64,000 bases of DNA. It comes from Gammaproteobacteria bacterium (GTDB taxonomy: Bacteria; Pseudomonadota; Gammaproteobacteria; Steroidobacterales; Foliamicaceae). Position numbers and translations under genes: made by a program. Under the pieces are notes generated by a model, which did not search any database, was not told the DNA's origin, and saw only the letters and a program-made list of their open reading frames with translations. The DNA is taken from positions 18,641-82,640 of the forward strand of contig JAPOWV010000023.1 in the NCBI GenBank assembly GCA_026707445.1, given 5' to 3'. Shown one piece after another: positions 30,496 through 39,025 of the stretch (the first letter of the stretch is position 1; the number at the start of each line of letters is the position of its first letter).

Positions 30496-31451
30496 GCCGG
30501 ACGGAGCTTCCCTGGCTGGAGCCTCTTGAGGCCGAGCTTGCGGCCCAGATCGGTTCGGGCCAGCTTGCTCATGCCCTGCTGGTACACGGCCAGCGCGGCA
30601 CCGGAAAGCGGCGCCTCGCGGCATGGCTGGCGCAGGAGTTATTGGGCTCCGAACGTCCCGTTTGGCCCGCGGAGTCCGCACCGGAGACCACCCTGCACGC
30701 GAATCTCCACCCGGCCGCGCCGGAGGCGGGCAAGTTGCTCTCGGTGGAGAGCATCCGGGAGCTGATCGATTTCATGCTGCTGAGCTCTTACGGCTCGGGC
30801 GCCCGCGTCGCCGCGATCTGCCCGGCCGAGTCGATGACGCGATCGGCCGCCAACAGCCTGCTGAAGATTCTCGAGGAACCGCTGCCCGACAGCTACATCC
30901 TCCTGGTCGCGGACGATCCGGCGCAACTGCCGGCCACGATCATCAGCCGCTGCCGCCTGCTGCGTGCACCGGTAGTCCCCCGGGACACGGCGCTTGCCTG
31001 GCTCTCCGGGCAGGAAGCAGGGGTGAACTGGGACAACGCGCTACGCCTGGCCGGAGGCGGGCCGCTCGCGGCGCGGCAGATTCATGCCGACGGCCTGGAC
31101 GAACGCGCCAGAACGATGAGCGGCCAACTGGCCGGGCTCGAGCGGCGGGCCACGACCCCGCTTGAAGTGGCGCGGAGCTGGAAGGACCTGCCGATGCGCT
31201 TTTGCTGCGACTTCCTGTTCCGCTGCGCATTTCGCCGGATCAGCGACTGGACCGCAAATGAAAATAATGCCTACAGGCAGAGATTTTCGGTCTTGTCCGC
31301 GGATTTGCAGGAGGCCATGATCAGGCACGGCTTCGTTCACCTGGACAACGTCATGGATTGCCGCCGCATCGAACGCTTCACGCCGAACGCGGAACTGGCC
31401 GTAACGGTGCTGCTGAAGGACTGGTACGGGGGTTTCGCCACGCAACGATGA
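30492..31451 (+). CDS. holB: DNA polymerase III subunit delta prime
   Basis: HALLVHGQRGTGKRRLA, LKILEEP, SRC motif IISRCRLL. Confidence 0.8.
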   Translation: MSRTELPWLEPLEAELAAQIGSGQLAHALLVHGQRGTGKRRLAAWLAQELLGSERPVWPAESAPETTLHANLHPAAPEAGKLLSVESIRELIDFMLLSSYGSGARVAAICPAESMTRSAANSLLKILEEPLPDSYILLVADDPAQLPATIISRCRLLRAPVVPRDTALAWLSGQEAGVNWDNALRLAGGGPLAARQIHADGLDERARTMSGQLAGLERRATTPLEVARSWKDLPMRFCCDFLFRCAFRRISDWTANENNAYRQRFSVLSADLQEAMIRHGFVHLDNVMDCRRIERFTPNAELAVTVLLKDWYGGFATQR

Positions 31452-31783
31452 GCGTCCCGGGCTTCTACTCGCTGGTGCTGGAGGACGCCGATTCGCTTGC
31501 CGCGGCCTGGCTGCCGTTCCTTGAGCCGGGCGGACTGTTCGTTGCGACCCGCCGGGATCACTTCCTGGGAGAAGAGGTCGTGCTCCTGCTACAGCTACCC
31601 GACGGCGAGAAGCACAGCCTCGCCGGCAGCATCGCGTGGATCGGCGCGGACGATCTTTCCGGTCGGCGGCCGGGCGCCGGCGTGGCCCTGGATGGCGAAG
31701 AAGGGCAGGCGCTGGCGGAAACGATCAGACGAATCGTGGGCGACGGGCCTACTCCCGCCGACGCGCTTCTGGCCCGCTGCTGA
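31448..31783 (+). CDS. pilZ: PilZ domain protein
   Basis: ATGA overlap with holB stop; conserved position after holB; about 111 aa. Confidence 0.65.
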   Translation: MSVPGFYSLVLEDADSLAAAWLPFLEPGGLFVATRRDHFLGEEVVLLLQLPDGEKHSLAGSIAWIGADDLSGRRPGAGVALDGEEGQALAETIRRIVGDGPTPADALLARC

Positions 31784-31794
31784 AGCGCGCTGTT

Positions 31795-33534
31795 TCAGCG
31801 CCAGCCGGAGAAGCGCACTACGCGCTGCGGGGCCGTCTGGACGCGGCATTCGGGGCGCAGCGTTTCAGCGCCCAGCAGGTACCAGTAGCGGCGATGAGCA
31901 TAGCCCAGGCGGATCCCCGAATCGCCGGTGAAACACCAGTTCCGATACTCTTCCGGCGCCAGCAGCATCCTGTCGGGAGCTTCGCCAAGCCAGGCCGAAG
32001 CATCCAGGATTTCCTGGCGGCGATCGGGGCGCCGACGCCCGAAGTGGGTGACCGGACGATCCACGTGCAGCATCTGCTGGGCCCGCCAGTCGGCCAGCCC
32101 CAGTTCCGTGCCCTGAGGCAGCGCTTCAAGAGCCGCAGCGGTTATCGTCTTGCCGGAACGCCCCTCGTTGAGCAGCGAGAACGAGCCCCAGCCCAGCAGC
32201 ATCCAGAACAGGACGATGATGCATCCCGTTACCGCGGGCGCCCTGCGGCTGCCGGCGGACAAAAGGCCCGCCAGGCCCGCCGCGCTGGCCACGATCACGA
32301 GCGGCACGACCACGGGATGCACCGAGTTGATCTCCAGAAGCAGCGCGAGCCGTCCCGGATTCAGAAGGTTGAACCAGAAGGGCGAACCGTCCGAAAGCGA
32401 CGTGACCGCGGGCTCGTCGGCCGGCGTCACGCCGTACACGCTCAGCATGGAAAAGAGCAGAGCCAGCAGCACGGCCATCATTCCGATCCATAGCGTGAGG
32501 CGGCAGTTCCTGCGCTGCAGGGCGCCGGCCAGATGCGGGCCGCAGGCAAGCGCCAGCGCCGGAATGACGGGCAGAAAATCGGCCGCCCGCTTCGCCTGGC
32601 TGACGGATATGAGGAGTAAAACGGCGGCCGCCCAGACGATGAAGCAGAGCAGGGCGGGGTCGCGCGCGCGCAGGCCGTCCCCCCAGCCGTAGCGGACCCA
32701 GGGGAGCGTCAGCACAAGGGGGAAGCAGGCCCAGGGGGCGACCTGCAGTACGTAGTACCAGAACGGGTAGAGGTCGCTCCAGGATGCGGGACCGCGGCCG
32801 AGAGGCCAGGCTTCCGGCAAGGCCAGCCTGTATGCGGCCACGGCCTCGCTGTCGGAACCCCAGAGCAGGCCCAGCCAGGCCGCGGGGATCGCCACAAGCA
32901 CCGCAAGACCCGCCAGCCACCTGAGGTTCCACCGGGCCGGCCTCAGCAGCCAGCCACGGCGCGCCGCCCAGAGCCACGGCGCCAGCAGCAGGAGCGGCAG
33001 CAAGCCGGAAATGTCGATCAGCAAACCCAGCGCGCAAGCCAGGCAGCCGAGAACGAAATGTCCCCAGGCGGGCCTCAGCAACAGGTGGCGGGACAGCCCG
33101 TAGAGCCCGGACACGACGAAGAAGCACATTACGATGTCGCCACCGGCGCCGTGAGCCTGTAATGCGAACTGCACGCAGCCCAGCATCGCGACTCCGGCCC
33201 AGAAACCGGCGGCATCGTCCCAGAGCCGGCGGGCCAGGTCGCAGGTCATCCACAGCATGCCGATGCCGGCCAGCAGGGACGGCAGGAGGAATCCGATCCT
33301 CATGCCGAACAGCCACTGAAAAACCGCCAGTATCCAAAGGTATAGCGGCGCTTCCTTGACGAACAATTCACCCGCGAGCGTGGGCGCCAGCCAATCGCCT
33401 GCATGCAGCATTTCCGCGGCGGCCAGCGCGTTTTCCGGCTCGTTGGGGGGCCACGGATCGCGCAGGCCGAAACCCGCCGTCAGGATCAGCAATGCGGCGC
33501 CGAACAGGATCAGCGAACGGACCCGGTATCTCAT
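31795..33534 (-). CDS. Glycosyltransferase family 39-like (ArnT/PMT-type) integral membrane protein
   Basis: More than 10 predicted TM helices in N-terminal 400 aa plus soluble C-terminal domain; start at MRYRVRSL preferred over upstream GTG. Confidence 0.65.
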   Translation of the reverse strand: MRYRVRSLILFGAALLILTAGFGLRDPWPPNEPENALAAAEMLHAGDWLAPTLAGELFVKEAPLYLWILAVFQWLFGMRIGFLLPSLLAGIGMLWMTCDLARRLWDDAAGFWAGVAMLGCVQFALQAHGAGGDIVMCFFVVSGLYGLSRHLLLRPAWGHFVLGCLACALGLLIDISGLLPLLLLAPWLWAARRGWLLRPARWNLRWLAGLAVLVAIPAAWLGLLWGSDSEAVAAYRLALPEAWPLGRGPASWSDLYPFWYYVLQVAPWACFPLVLTLPWVRYGWGDGLRARDPALLCFIVWAAAVLLLISVSQAKRAADFLPVIPALALACGPHLAGALQRRNCRLTLWIGMMAVLLALLFSMLSVYGVTPADEPAVTSLSDGSPFWFNLLNPGRLALLLEINSVHPVVVPLVIVASAAGLAGLLSAGSRRAPAVTGCIIVLFWMLLGWGSFSLLNEGRSGKTITAAALEALPQGTELGLADWRAQQMLHVDRPVTHFGRRRPDRRQEILDASAWLGEAPDRMLLAPEEYRNWCFTGDSGIRLGYAHRRYWYLLGAETLRPECRVQTAPQRVVRFSGWR

Positions 33535-33588
33535 ACCGCAAGTGTATCGCTCCGCCGACCACACTTATAATCCTGTGCGCGACTACCC

Positions 33589-33855
33589 CTAGTGCCGTGT
33601 CAAGCAGATACCTTCGCATCAGAGCGAGCGGGGCGGGCCAATGCAAGGCGCCGTCCGTGGGGAATACTGCCCGTATTGCCCAGGGCGGCAACGCCGCAGT
33701 GGCGCGCCCCGCCCGCTCCCGAAGGGCGCGTCCCCCATGGCCTGTGGCGGCGTTGCGCCCCTTGACAATGGGAGCACCATTCCCGGCGGGACGCGCCTTG
33801 CCACAGGCCATGGGGGACGCGCTGATGCGAAGGTATCTGCTTGACACGGCACTAG
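33589..33855. repeat. 267-bp compound palindromic element (34-bp perfect terminal inverted repeats, 23-bp inner inverted repeats)
   Basis: 33589..33622 is the exact reverse complement of 33822..33855; 33726..33748 is the exact reverse complement of 33800..33822; further hairpin GGGGAATAC-TGCCC-GTATTGCCC at about 33658..33680. Confidence 0.85.
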
Positions 33856-33874
33856 CACCGGCGCCCGGAAGCCT

Positions 33875-34906
33875 ATGACCATACGAACCGATGCACTGAT
33901 CGTTGGCGCGGGGCCCTGCGGGCTTTTCCAGGTGTTCGAACTCGGGCTGCTGGGCATCAGCGCCCACCTTGTCGATGCCTTGCGGGAGCCCGGCGGCCAA
34001 TGCACGGAACTCTATCCGGACAAGCCGATCTACGACATCCCGGCCATACCGGTGCTCAACGCCCAGGACCTGGTGGATGCCCTAATGGAGCAGATCGAAC
34101 CCTTCAAGCCCACCTTTCACCTCGGCGAGGAGGTAACGGTGGTGCGGCCGCTGGGAGAAGGGGAGGGCTTTCACGTCGAAACCGGGCCGGGGACGGAATT
34201 TCACGCGCAAACGCTTTTTCTCGCGGGAGGCGTGGGCTCGTTTCAACCCCGCAAGCTGCGCCTGGACGGGGCCGAGACCATAGAAGGCCGGCAGCTTCAT
34301 TACCGGGTAAAGGACTCCTCGCGTTTCCGCGGCAGACGCCTGCTGATACTCGGCGGCGGCGACTCGGCTCTGGACTGGGCGCTGGAGCTGAGCGGAATCG
34401 CCGAATCGGTGACGCTGGCGCACCGGCGCGACGAGTACCGCGCCGCGCCCGCTACGGTGGCGCAGTTCAAGGAACTGGTCGCGCGGGGCAGGGCGCAACT
34501 GTACGAGAAGGCCCGCGCGACTTGCCTGCACCTTGCCGGGGAAGACCTCAAGGCGGTCACGCTTACGGTTGAGGATGTTGAAAGAGATCCTTTGGAAGTT
34601 GATGATTTACTGGTATTTTATGGATTGGCGCCGAAGCTCGGACCGATCGCCGACTGGGGGCTGGATCTGAACCGCAAGACCGTGAACGTGGATCCGGAAA
34701 AGTTCCAGACCAACATTCCCGGGATATTCGCCATCGGCGATATCTGCCACTATCCGGGCAAGAAGAAGCTGATCTTAAGCGGTTTTCACGAAGCCGCGCT
34801 GGCCGCATTTGCGGCCAAGGCGATACTCACTCCCGGCAAGAAGGTCCACCTGCAGTACACGACCACCAGCCCCATCATGCACAAGCGCCTGGGGCTGACC
34901 GACTGA
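33875..34906 (+). CDS. Ferredoxin-NADP+ reductase, thioredoxin-reductase type
   Basis: DALIVGAGPCGL and LILGGGDSALDWA dinucleotide motifs; 343 aa. Confidence 0.85.
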   Translation: MTIRTDALIVGAGPCGLFQVFELGLLGISAHLVDALREPGGQCTELYPDKPIYDIPAIPVLNAQDLVDALMEQIEPFKPTFHLGEEVTVVRPLGEGEGFHVETGPGTEFHAQTLFLAGGVGSFQPRKLRLDGAETIEGRQLHYRVKDSSRFRGRRLLILGGGDSALDWALELSGIAESVTLAHRRDEYRAAPATVAQFKELVARGRAQLYEKARATCLHLAGEDLKAVTLTVEDVERDPLEVDDLLVFYGLAPKLGPIADWGLDLNRKTVNVDPEKFQTNIPGIFAIGDICHYPGKKKLILSGFHEAALAAFAAKAILTPGKKVHLQYTTTSPIMHKRLGLTD

Positions 34907-34909
34907 CCC

Positions 34910-34930
34910 GGGCGGGAGGGCGTCCCGCCC
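34910..34930. terminator. REP-like GC hairpin between convergent genes, possible bidirectional terminator
   Basis: GGGCGGGA-GGGCG-TCCCGCCC, 8-bp perfect stem, 4 nt after the stop codon; no T-run. Confidence 0.4.
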
Positions 34931-34945
34931 AGGGTGTTCCCTGGC

Positions 34946-35518
34946 CTAATCGGCCGGCATGGCCGCCAGCACGGCATCTTCGAACTGCTCCTCGCTGTGT
35001 CCGCCCAGAAGCGTCCGGAATATGGATCCGTCCGGACCGATCACGTAGTTCGCCGGCATGACGCCCGGCCAGAAGGGGTCCAACTCTTCCACCAGCAGAT
35101 AGTCCTCGAATTCGCCGTTGAGGTAGCTGCGCCATTCGGGAAACCGGGTCTCGATGAATTCCGGCACCAGCCACGCGGCGTCCGCCTGGTCGTCCAGCGA
35201 GATGGCCACGAGAGCGAAGCCGGACGGATCCAGCTTCTCGCGCAGGTTGATCAGCGCCGGAATCTCATGGATGCAGGGGCCGCACCAGGTCGCCCAGAAA
35301 TTGACCAGCACCACCTTGCCCCTATGGCTTTCCAGCAGCGGCAGCAGATCGTCCGCCCGGACCCACTCAAGCTCTTGCGCATCGCTGTTTTCCGCCGGGT
35401 CCGCTGCATCGTCCGCCGGCCAGGCGGAAGGGGAGGCCAGAGCCAGGATCGCCGCTGCCGCCACAAGAGCAGCTCGCCAAAAGGGTGTATGATTTGGGGT
35501 TATTCGACCAAGGCTCAC
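34946..35518 (-). CDS. TlpA-family thiol:disulfide oxidoreductase (thioredoxin fold)
   Basis: WATWCGPC active site; signal-like AALVAAAAILALA; GTG start at 35518 preferred, since ATG 35596 would overlap the divergent gene. Confidence 0.75.
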   Translation of the reverse strand: MSLGRITPNHTPFWRAALVAAAAILALASPSAWPADDAADPAENSDAQELEWVRADDLLPLLESHRGKVVLVNFWATWCGPCIHEIPALINLREKLDPSGFALVAISLDDQADAAWLVPEFIETRFPEWRSYLNGEFEDYLLVEELDPFWPGVMPANYVIGPDGSIFRTLLGGHSEEQFEDAVLAAMPAD

Positions 35519-35531
35519 GGGAGCTAGCCTT

Positions 35532-36923
35532 ATGTTCAAGAAGGCATACCTTAGCGCATTGGCGCTGTTGGCCGCGTTTCTGTTCCTGCCGTCCACGGCA
35601 TGGACGCAAGCCGAGATTCTCTACCAGAACGAGCTGGGTTTGCCGGACAGGGCGGCATTCAGCCCCGAGGTCGCGGTATCCAGCGGCGGCGAAGTGTACG
35701 TCGTGTTTCTGGACCGGCCCGACCCGACCGCGCCGCCTCCGAAGCGCAAACACGGCGAACACAGCCATCGTTCCTCGGTGGACTTGTGGATTGCCCGTTC
35801 CGACGACGGCGGATCCAGTTTTCAGTCGCCGTCCATGGTCAACCATGAACACGGCGTGATCTGGGGCTTCCAGGTCAGCAAGCCGCGGGTCAGCATCGAC
35901 GATCACGGCACGGTGCACATTTTCTATCCGGGCAACGCGCAGTCCAGCCAGACGCGCCTGGACGTCATCGCCTCGCAATACACGCGTTCGCTCGACAAGG
36001 GCGCCACGTTCTCCGAGCCCGTCATGCTGAATTCGCATGTCAAGAAGGACGGTCGGGGGCTGTTGGGCGAAGAGCTGGGCGCGGCGCACGCCTTCGGCAC
36101 CATGGGAGTGGCGCCCGACGGCACCGTTCACACGTTCTGGCTCGACACCCGTTATATGGGCAACCCGAGCCAGGGGGCCACGCTGTTTACCGCCTCATCG
36201 AAAGACGGCGGAGCGACATTCGGCACCGAGATCGAATTCGCCCGCGACGTGGTCTGCCCCTGCTGCCAACTGGTAGCGGACTTCGTAGGCGACGAGGCGG
36301 TGCTGGTGTCGTACCGGCATGTGTTCGACGACGGCTCCCGCGACAGCGTGGTGCTGCGTTCCACGGATGACGGGCAAACCTGGCCCGAGCTGGCCCGCTT
36401 GCCGATCGATCCCTGGTATATCGGCGGCTGCCCGCTCAAGCCCACCGACATGGCCGTGAACGAGAACTACGTCTATTCCGTGTCGTTCTCGGCCGGCCCC
36501 GAGCAACAGGGCGTATGGTTCAGCCGCTCGCGAAACGGCGCTCTTGCGTTCGAGGAAGCCATGCACCTGCACCCGGCCTCCAAGTACAGCGACGCGCCCG
36601 TCATCACCGTGACGCCCAGCGGGGTAGTGCGGGTCGTCTGGCATTCGCGCGAGGGCCGCAAGAGCCCGTACCGGCTCTATATGTCGGAGTCCTATGACCA
36701 CGGCGAGACCTTTACGGCCCCCTGGGAGTTGCCCACCCCTGAAAGCGGGGATTCACGCTTTCCGGTAATGGCCACGGACGCCGACGGGAACTCACACGTG
36801 GCCTGGGAGCAGCAGGTGAGGATCGGCGAGATCGTGACCACCGAAGTGCACGTCATGGGCGTCGCGGCGCCCAGCACGGGCCCCACGAGGGTCATCGCCA
36901 GCCTGGGCCAGGGCGCCGAATAA
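35532..36923 (+). CDS. Secreted BNR/Asp-box repeat (sialidase-fold) protein
   Basis: Signal peptide; repeated SxDxGxTF/W boxes (SDDGGSSF, SLDKGATF, SKDGGATF, STDDGQTW, SYDHGETF). Confidence 0.75.
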   Translation: MFKKAYLSALALLAAFLFLPSTAWTQAEILYQNELGLPDRAAFSPEVAVSSGGEVYVVFLDRPDPTAPPPKRKHGEHSHRSSVDLWIARSDDGGSSFQSPSMVNHEHGVIWGFQVSKPRVSIDDHGTVHIFYPGNAQSSQTRLDVIASQYTRSLDKGATFSEPVMLNSHVKKDGRGLLGEELGAAHAFGTMGVAPDGTVHTFWLDTRYMGNPSQGATLFTASSKDGGATFGTEIEFARDVVCPCCQLVADFVGDEAVLVSYRHVFDDGSRDSVVLRSTDDGQTWPELARLPIDPWYIGGCPLKPTDMAVNENYVYSVSFSAGPEQQGVWFSRSRNGALAFEEAMHLHPASKYSDAPVITVTPSGVVRVVWHSREGRKSPYRLYMSESYDHGETFTAPWELPTPESGDSRFPVMATDADGNSHVAWEQQVRIGEIVTTEVHVMGVAAPSTGPTRVIASLGQGAE

Positions 36924-36951
36924 AAGCAGCCGCGTTCGCGGACTCCTGGAC

Positions 36952-37617
36952 CTAAAACGGCTTGGCGAGGCCGAGGAAGGCCAGCACCAGCGACGTACCC
37001 CAGAAGAGGTAAACCACCTTCTTCGACTGCGCGAGCATCGTGGTGAAGATCGCCTCCACCTCGGGGGTCGATCCTTCCGCGGCCAGTCGCCGGAATCCCG
37101 TCCCGATGTCGGCGACGTATGACCTGAGCCACAGCCCGAGGTAAACCAGCACGCCGAACAGCATGACTTTCAGCCCCAGCCAGTTGCTGCCGAAGCCGTT
37201 GTCCATCACCAGCGATACGGCTCCGACAATCACGAGTGCAGGGGCGACCACCCAGCGGATGCGGTTGTCGATCATGCGAAAAGTGCTGCCCGCGGCAGGG
37301 CCCTTGTTCAGGTAAACCACCCACGACAGCACCAGCCAGGCCAGAAACGCCGCCCAGACCACCCATAGCCAGACCCCCGTCACCGGGCTCAGTCCCAGAC
37401 CGTCGGCCAGCGTCAGGCCCACAGGGAACATCAGAATAAGGCAGGAACGCGGCAGCAGGTCGATCCACAGCATGGCGGTGAGGAAGCGCCGCCGTTCCTC
37501 GATCGGGAGCTCCGCCTTGCAGATGTAGTGGGTGGTGACGTAGACGCCCCAGTCCGGCCCCAGCCAATAGACGAACAGCACCAGGTGCGCGTACAGGACG
37601 AAAGTGTGGAGGTCCAT
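36952..37617 (-). CDS. Multi-pass membrane protein of unknown function (paralog of 4903..5661)
   Basis: HLVLFVYWLGPDWGV and MLWIDLLPRSCL blocks shared with the first copy. Confidence 0.6.
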   Translation of the reverse strand: MDLHTFVLYAHLVLFVYWLGPDWGVYVTTHYICKAELPIEERRRFLTAMLWIDLLPRSCLILMFPVGLTLADGLGLSPVTGVWLWVVWAAFLAWLVLSWVVYLNKGPAAGSTFRMIDNRIRWVVAPALVIVGAVSLVMDNGFGSNWLGLKVMLFGVLVYLGLWLRSYVADIGTGFRRLAAEGSTPEVEAIFTTMLAQSKKVVYLFWGTSLVLAFLGLAKPF

Positions 37618-37634
37618 AACTTACCTCATACTTT

Positions 37635-37652
37635 ACATAATATATATTATGT
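37635..37652. promoter_or_regulatory. 18-nt perfect AT-rich palindrome in putative promoter region
   Basis: ACATAATATATATTATGT equals its own reverse complement; lies 18 nt upstream of the ATG at 37617 in a 58-nt AT-rich spacer. Confidence 0.35.
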
Positions 37653-37675
37653 CTAAACTGTGGGGAAAGGCGGGA

Positions 37676-39025
37676 TCAACGCGCCAGCGGTTTGGCAAAG
37701 AGCATTTGAGCGTCCCCTATCGTCCGCTCCGCAAACCCGGCCTCACAGTACCGAAAGTAGAACTCGTACATGCGCAGAAACTCGCTGGAGTATCCAAGCG
37801 CCTTCGCGGCGTTCCAGTTCCTGCGCAACGCATCCGCCCACAACCGCAGCGTGCGCACGTAGTGGTTTCCGATGTCCTCCATACACACCAGGCGGAAGTC
37901 GGTCCGTCGCCGGACCGCACCCATGATCGCCTCGACCGACGGCAGAAAGCCTCCCGGAAAGATGTAGCGCTTGATGAAGTCCACGCGCCTGACCGCGTCC
38001 CGGTAGGCCTGGTCGGTAATCGTTATGGCCTGCAGCGCCATCAGTCCTTCCGGCTTCAGCAACTCGCTGCAGCGCTTGAAGAACAGGTCCAGGTACTGGG
38101 CGCCCACCGCTTCGATCATTTCAATCGATATCAGCCGGTCGAACTGCCCGCCGGTGTCCCGGTAGTCCTGCATCCGGATCTCCACGAGGCCTTCAAGCCC
38201 CGCGGCCTTGACCCGACTCACCGCCTCGGCGTGCTGGCGTTCGGAAATCGTAATGCTGACCACCCTGCAGCCGTATTTCCTGGCCATGTGAATGGCGCAG
38301 GCGCCCCAGCCGCTGCCGATTTCCAGGACCTTCAGGCCGGGTTTCAGTTGCAACATTTCGCACAAACGGTCCAACTTGGCGATCGAGGCTTCCTCGAGGC
38401 TGGCGTCCTCCGACGGAAAATACGCGCAGGAATACAACATCGTGGGATCGAGGAACAACTGGAAGAAGTCGTTTCCGACGTCGTAATGCGCGGCAATGTT
38501 GCGCCGCGAACCGGAGCGCGTATTGCGGCGCAGCGCGTGCCCTATCCAGCGCGAAACCCCGCCCAGCGCCGACAACGGGCCTCCCAGTCCTTCAACTATC
38601 TTCTGATTGCGCAGCATCAGCCGGAGCAAACCGGCCAGGTCGGGAGAACGCCACTGGCCGTCCATGAACGATTCCGCCGCGCCCAGCGCGCCACCCGTCG
38701 CGATCGCGCGCCAGCAGGCGCTGTCCATCACTTCCATAGTGGCGAGGGGAAGATCTCCCGAACTCCCCTGCCCTTGAACATCCGGGAGCGAAGGCGTCTC
38801 GCCTTCGCCGAGGGCGGGACGCCCTCGCTCCCAGGGTTCCGCCCGTACCGGGTTCGAAGCGCCCAGGACAACTCTTTGGCCTGCCTCCAGCACTTCGAGC
38901 CGACCGTTCTCAAGCAGGGCCAGGCGGTTTTGCACCGGCCGCCGCCACATCGAGGCAGGCAGATCGATCTTCTTCTGCGGGTTCACGATCCGGGATGCGC
39001 CAGCGGCTTGACACCCTTCAGCCAC
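37676..39025 (-). CDS. cfa: Cyclopropane-fatty-acyl-phospholipid synthase family SAM methyltransferase
   Basis: ESFMDGQW, HYDVGNDFF, SAM motif VLEIGSGWGACAIHMA; start uncertain (GTG 39025, ATG 38950 or ATG 38737). Confidence 0.85.
   Translation of the reverse strand: MAEGCQAAGASRIVNPQKKIDLPASMWRRPVQNRLALLENGRLEVLEAGQRVVLGASNPVRAEPWERGRPALGEGETPSLPDVQGQGSSGDLPLATMEVMDSACWRAIATGGALGAAESFMDGQWRSPDLAGLLRLMLRNQKIVEGLGGPLSALGGVSRWIGHALRRNTRSGSRRNIAAHYDVGNDFFQLFLDPTMLYSCAYFPSEDASLEEASIAKLDRLCEMLQLKPGLKVLEIGSGWGACAIHMARKYGCRVVSITISERQHAEAVSRVKAAGLEGLVEIRMQDYRDTGGQFDRLISIEMIEAVGAQYLDLFFKRCSELLKPEGLMALQAITITDQAYRDAVRRVDFIKRYIFPGGFLPSVEAIMGAVRRRTDFRLVCMEDIGNHYVRTLRLWADALRRNWNAAKALGYSSEFLRMYEFYFRYCEAGFAERTIGDAQMLFAKPLAR
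38784..38832. repeat. REP-like double-hairpin element inside the cfa reading frame
   Basis: GCGAAGGCG-TCT-CGCCTTCGC (38788..38808) and CGAGGGCG-GGA-CGCCCTCG (38809..38827) bracketed by GGGAGCG/CGCTCCC. Confidence 0.7.

Noticed and set aside
33368-34005. Three overlapping ORFs (33368..34000 minus, 33492..33878 plus, 33619..34005 minus) across the GT39/FNR intergenic region.
   Set aside because: They run through the 267-bp palindromic element, which explains why both strands stay open. Their composition is Ala/Gly/Arg/Pro-biased and they overlap each other and the flanking genes.
38737-39025. Treating the cfa N-terminus upstream of 38737 as non-coding, which would make the REP copy intergenic.
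   Set aside because: This is not fully rejected. The upstream segment LLENGRLEVLEAGQRVVLG resembles the usual N-terminal strand pair of this Cfa subfamily, so I favour the long ORF. The short form remains a live alternative.
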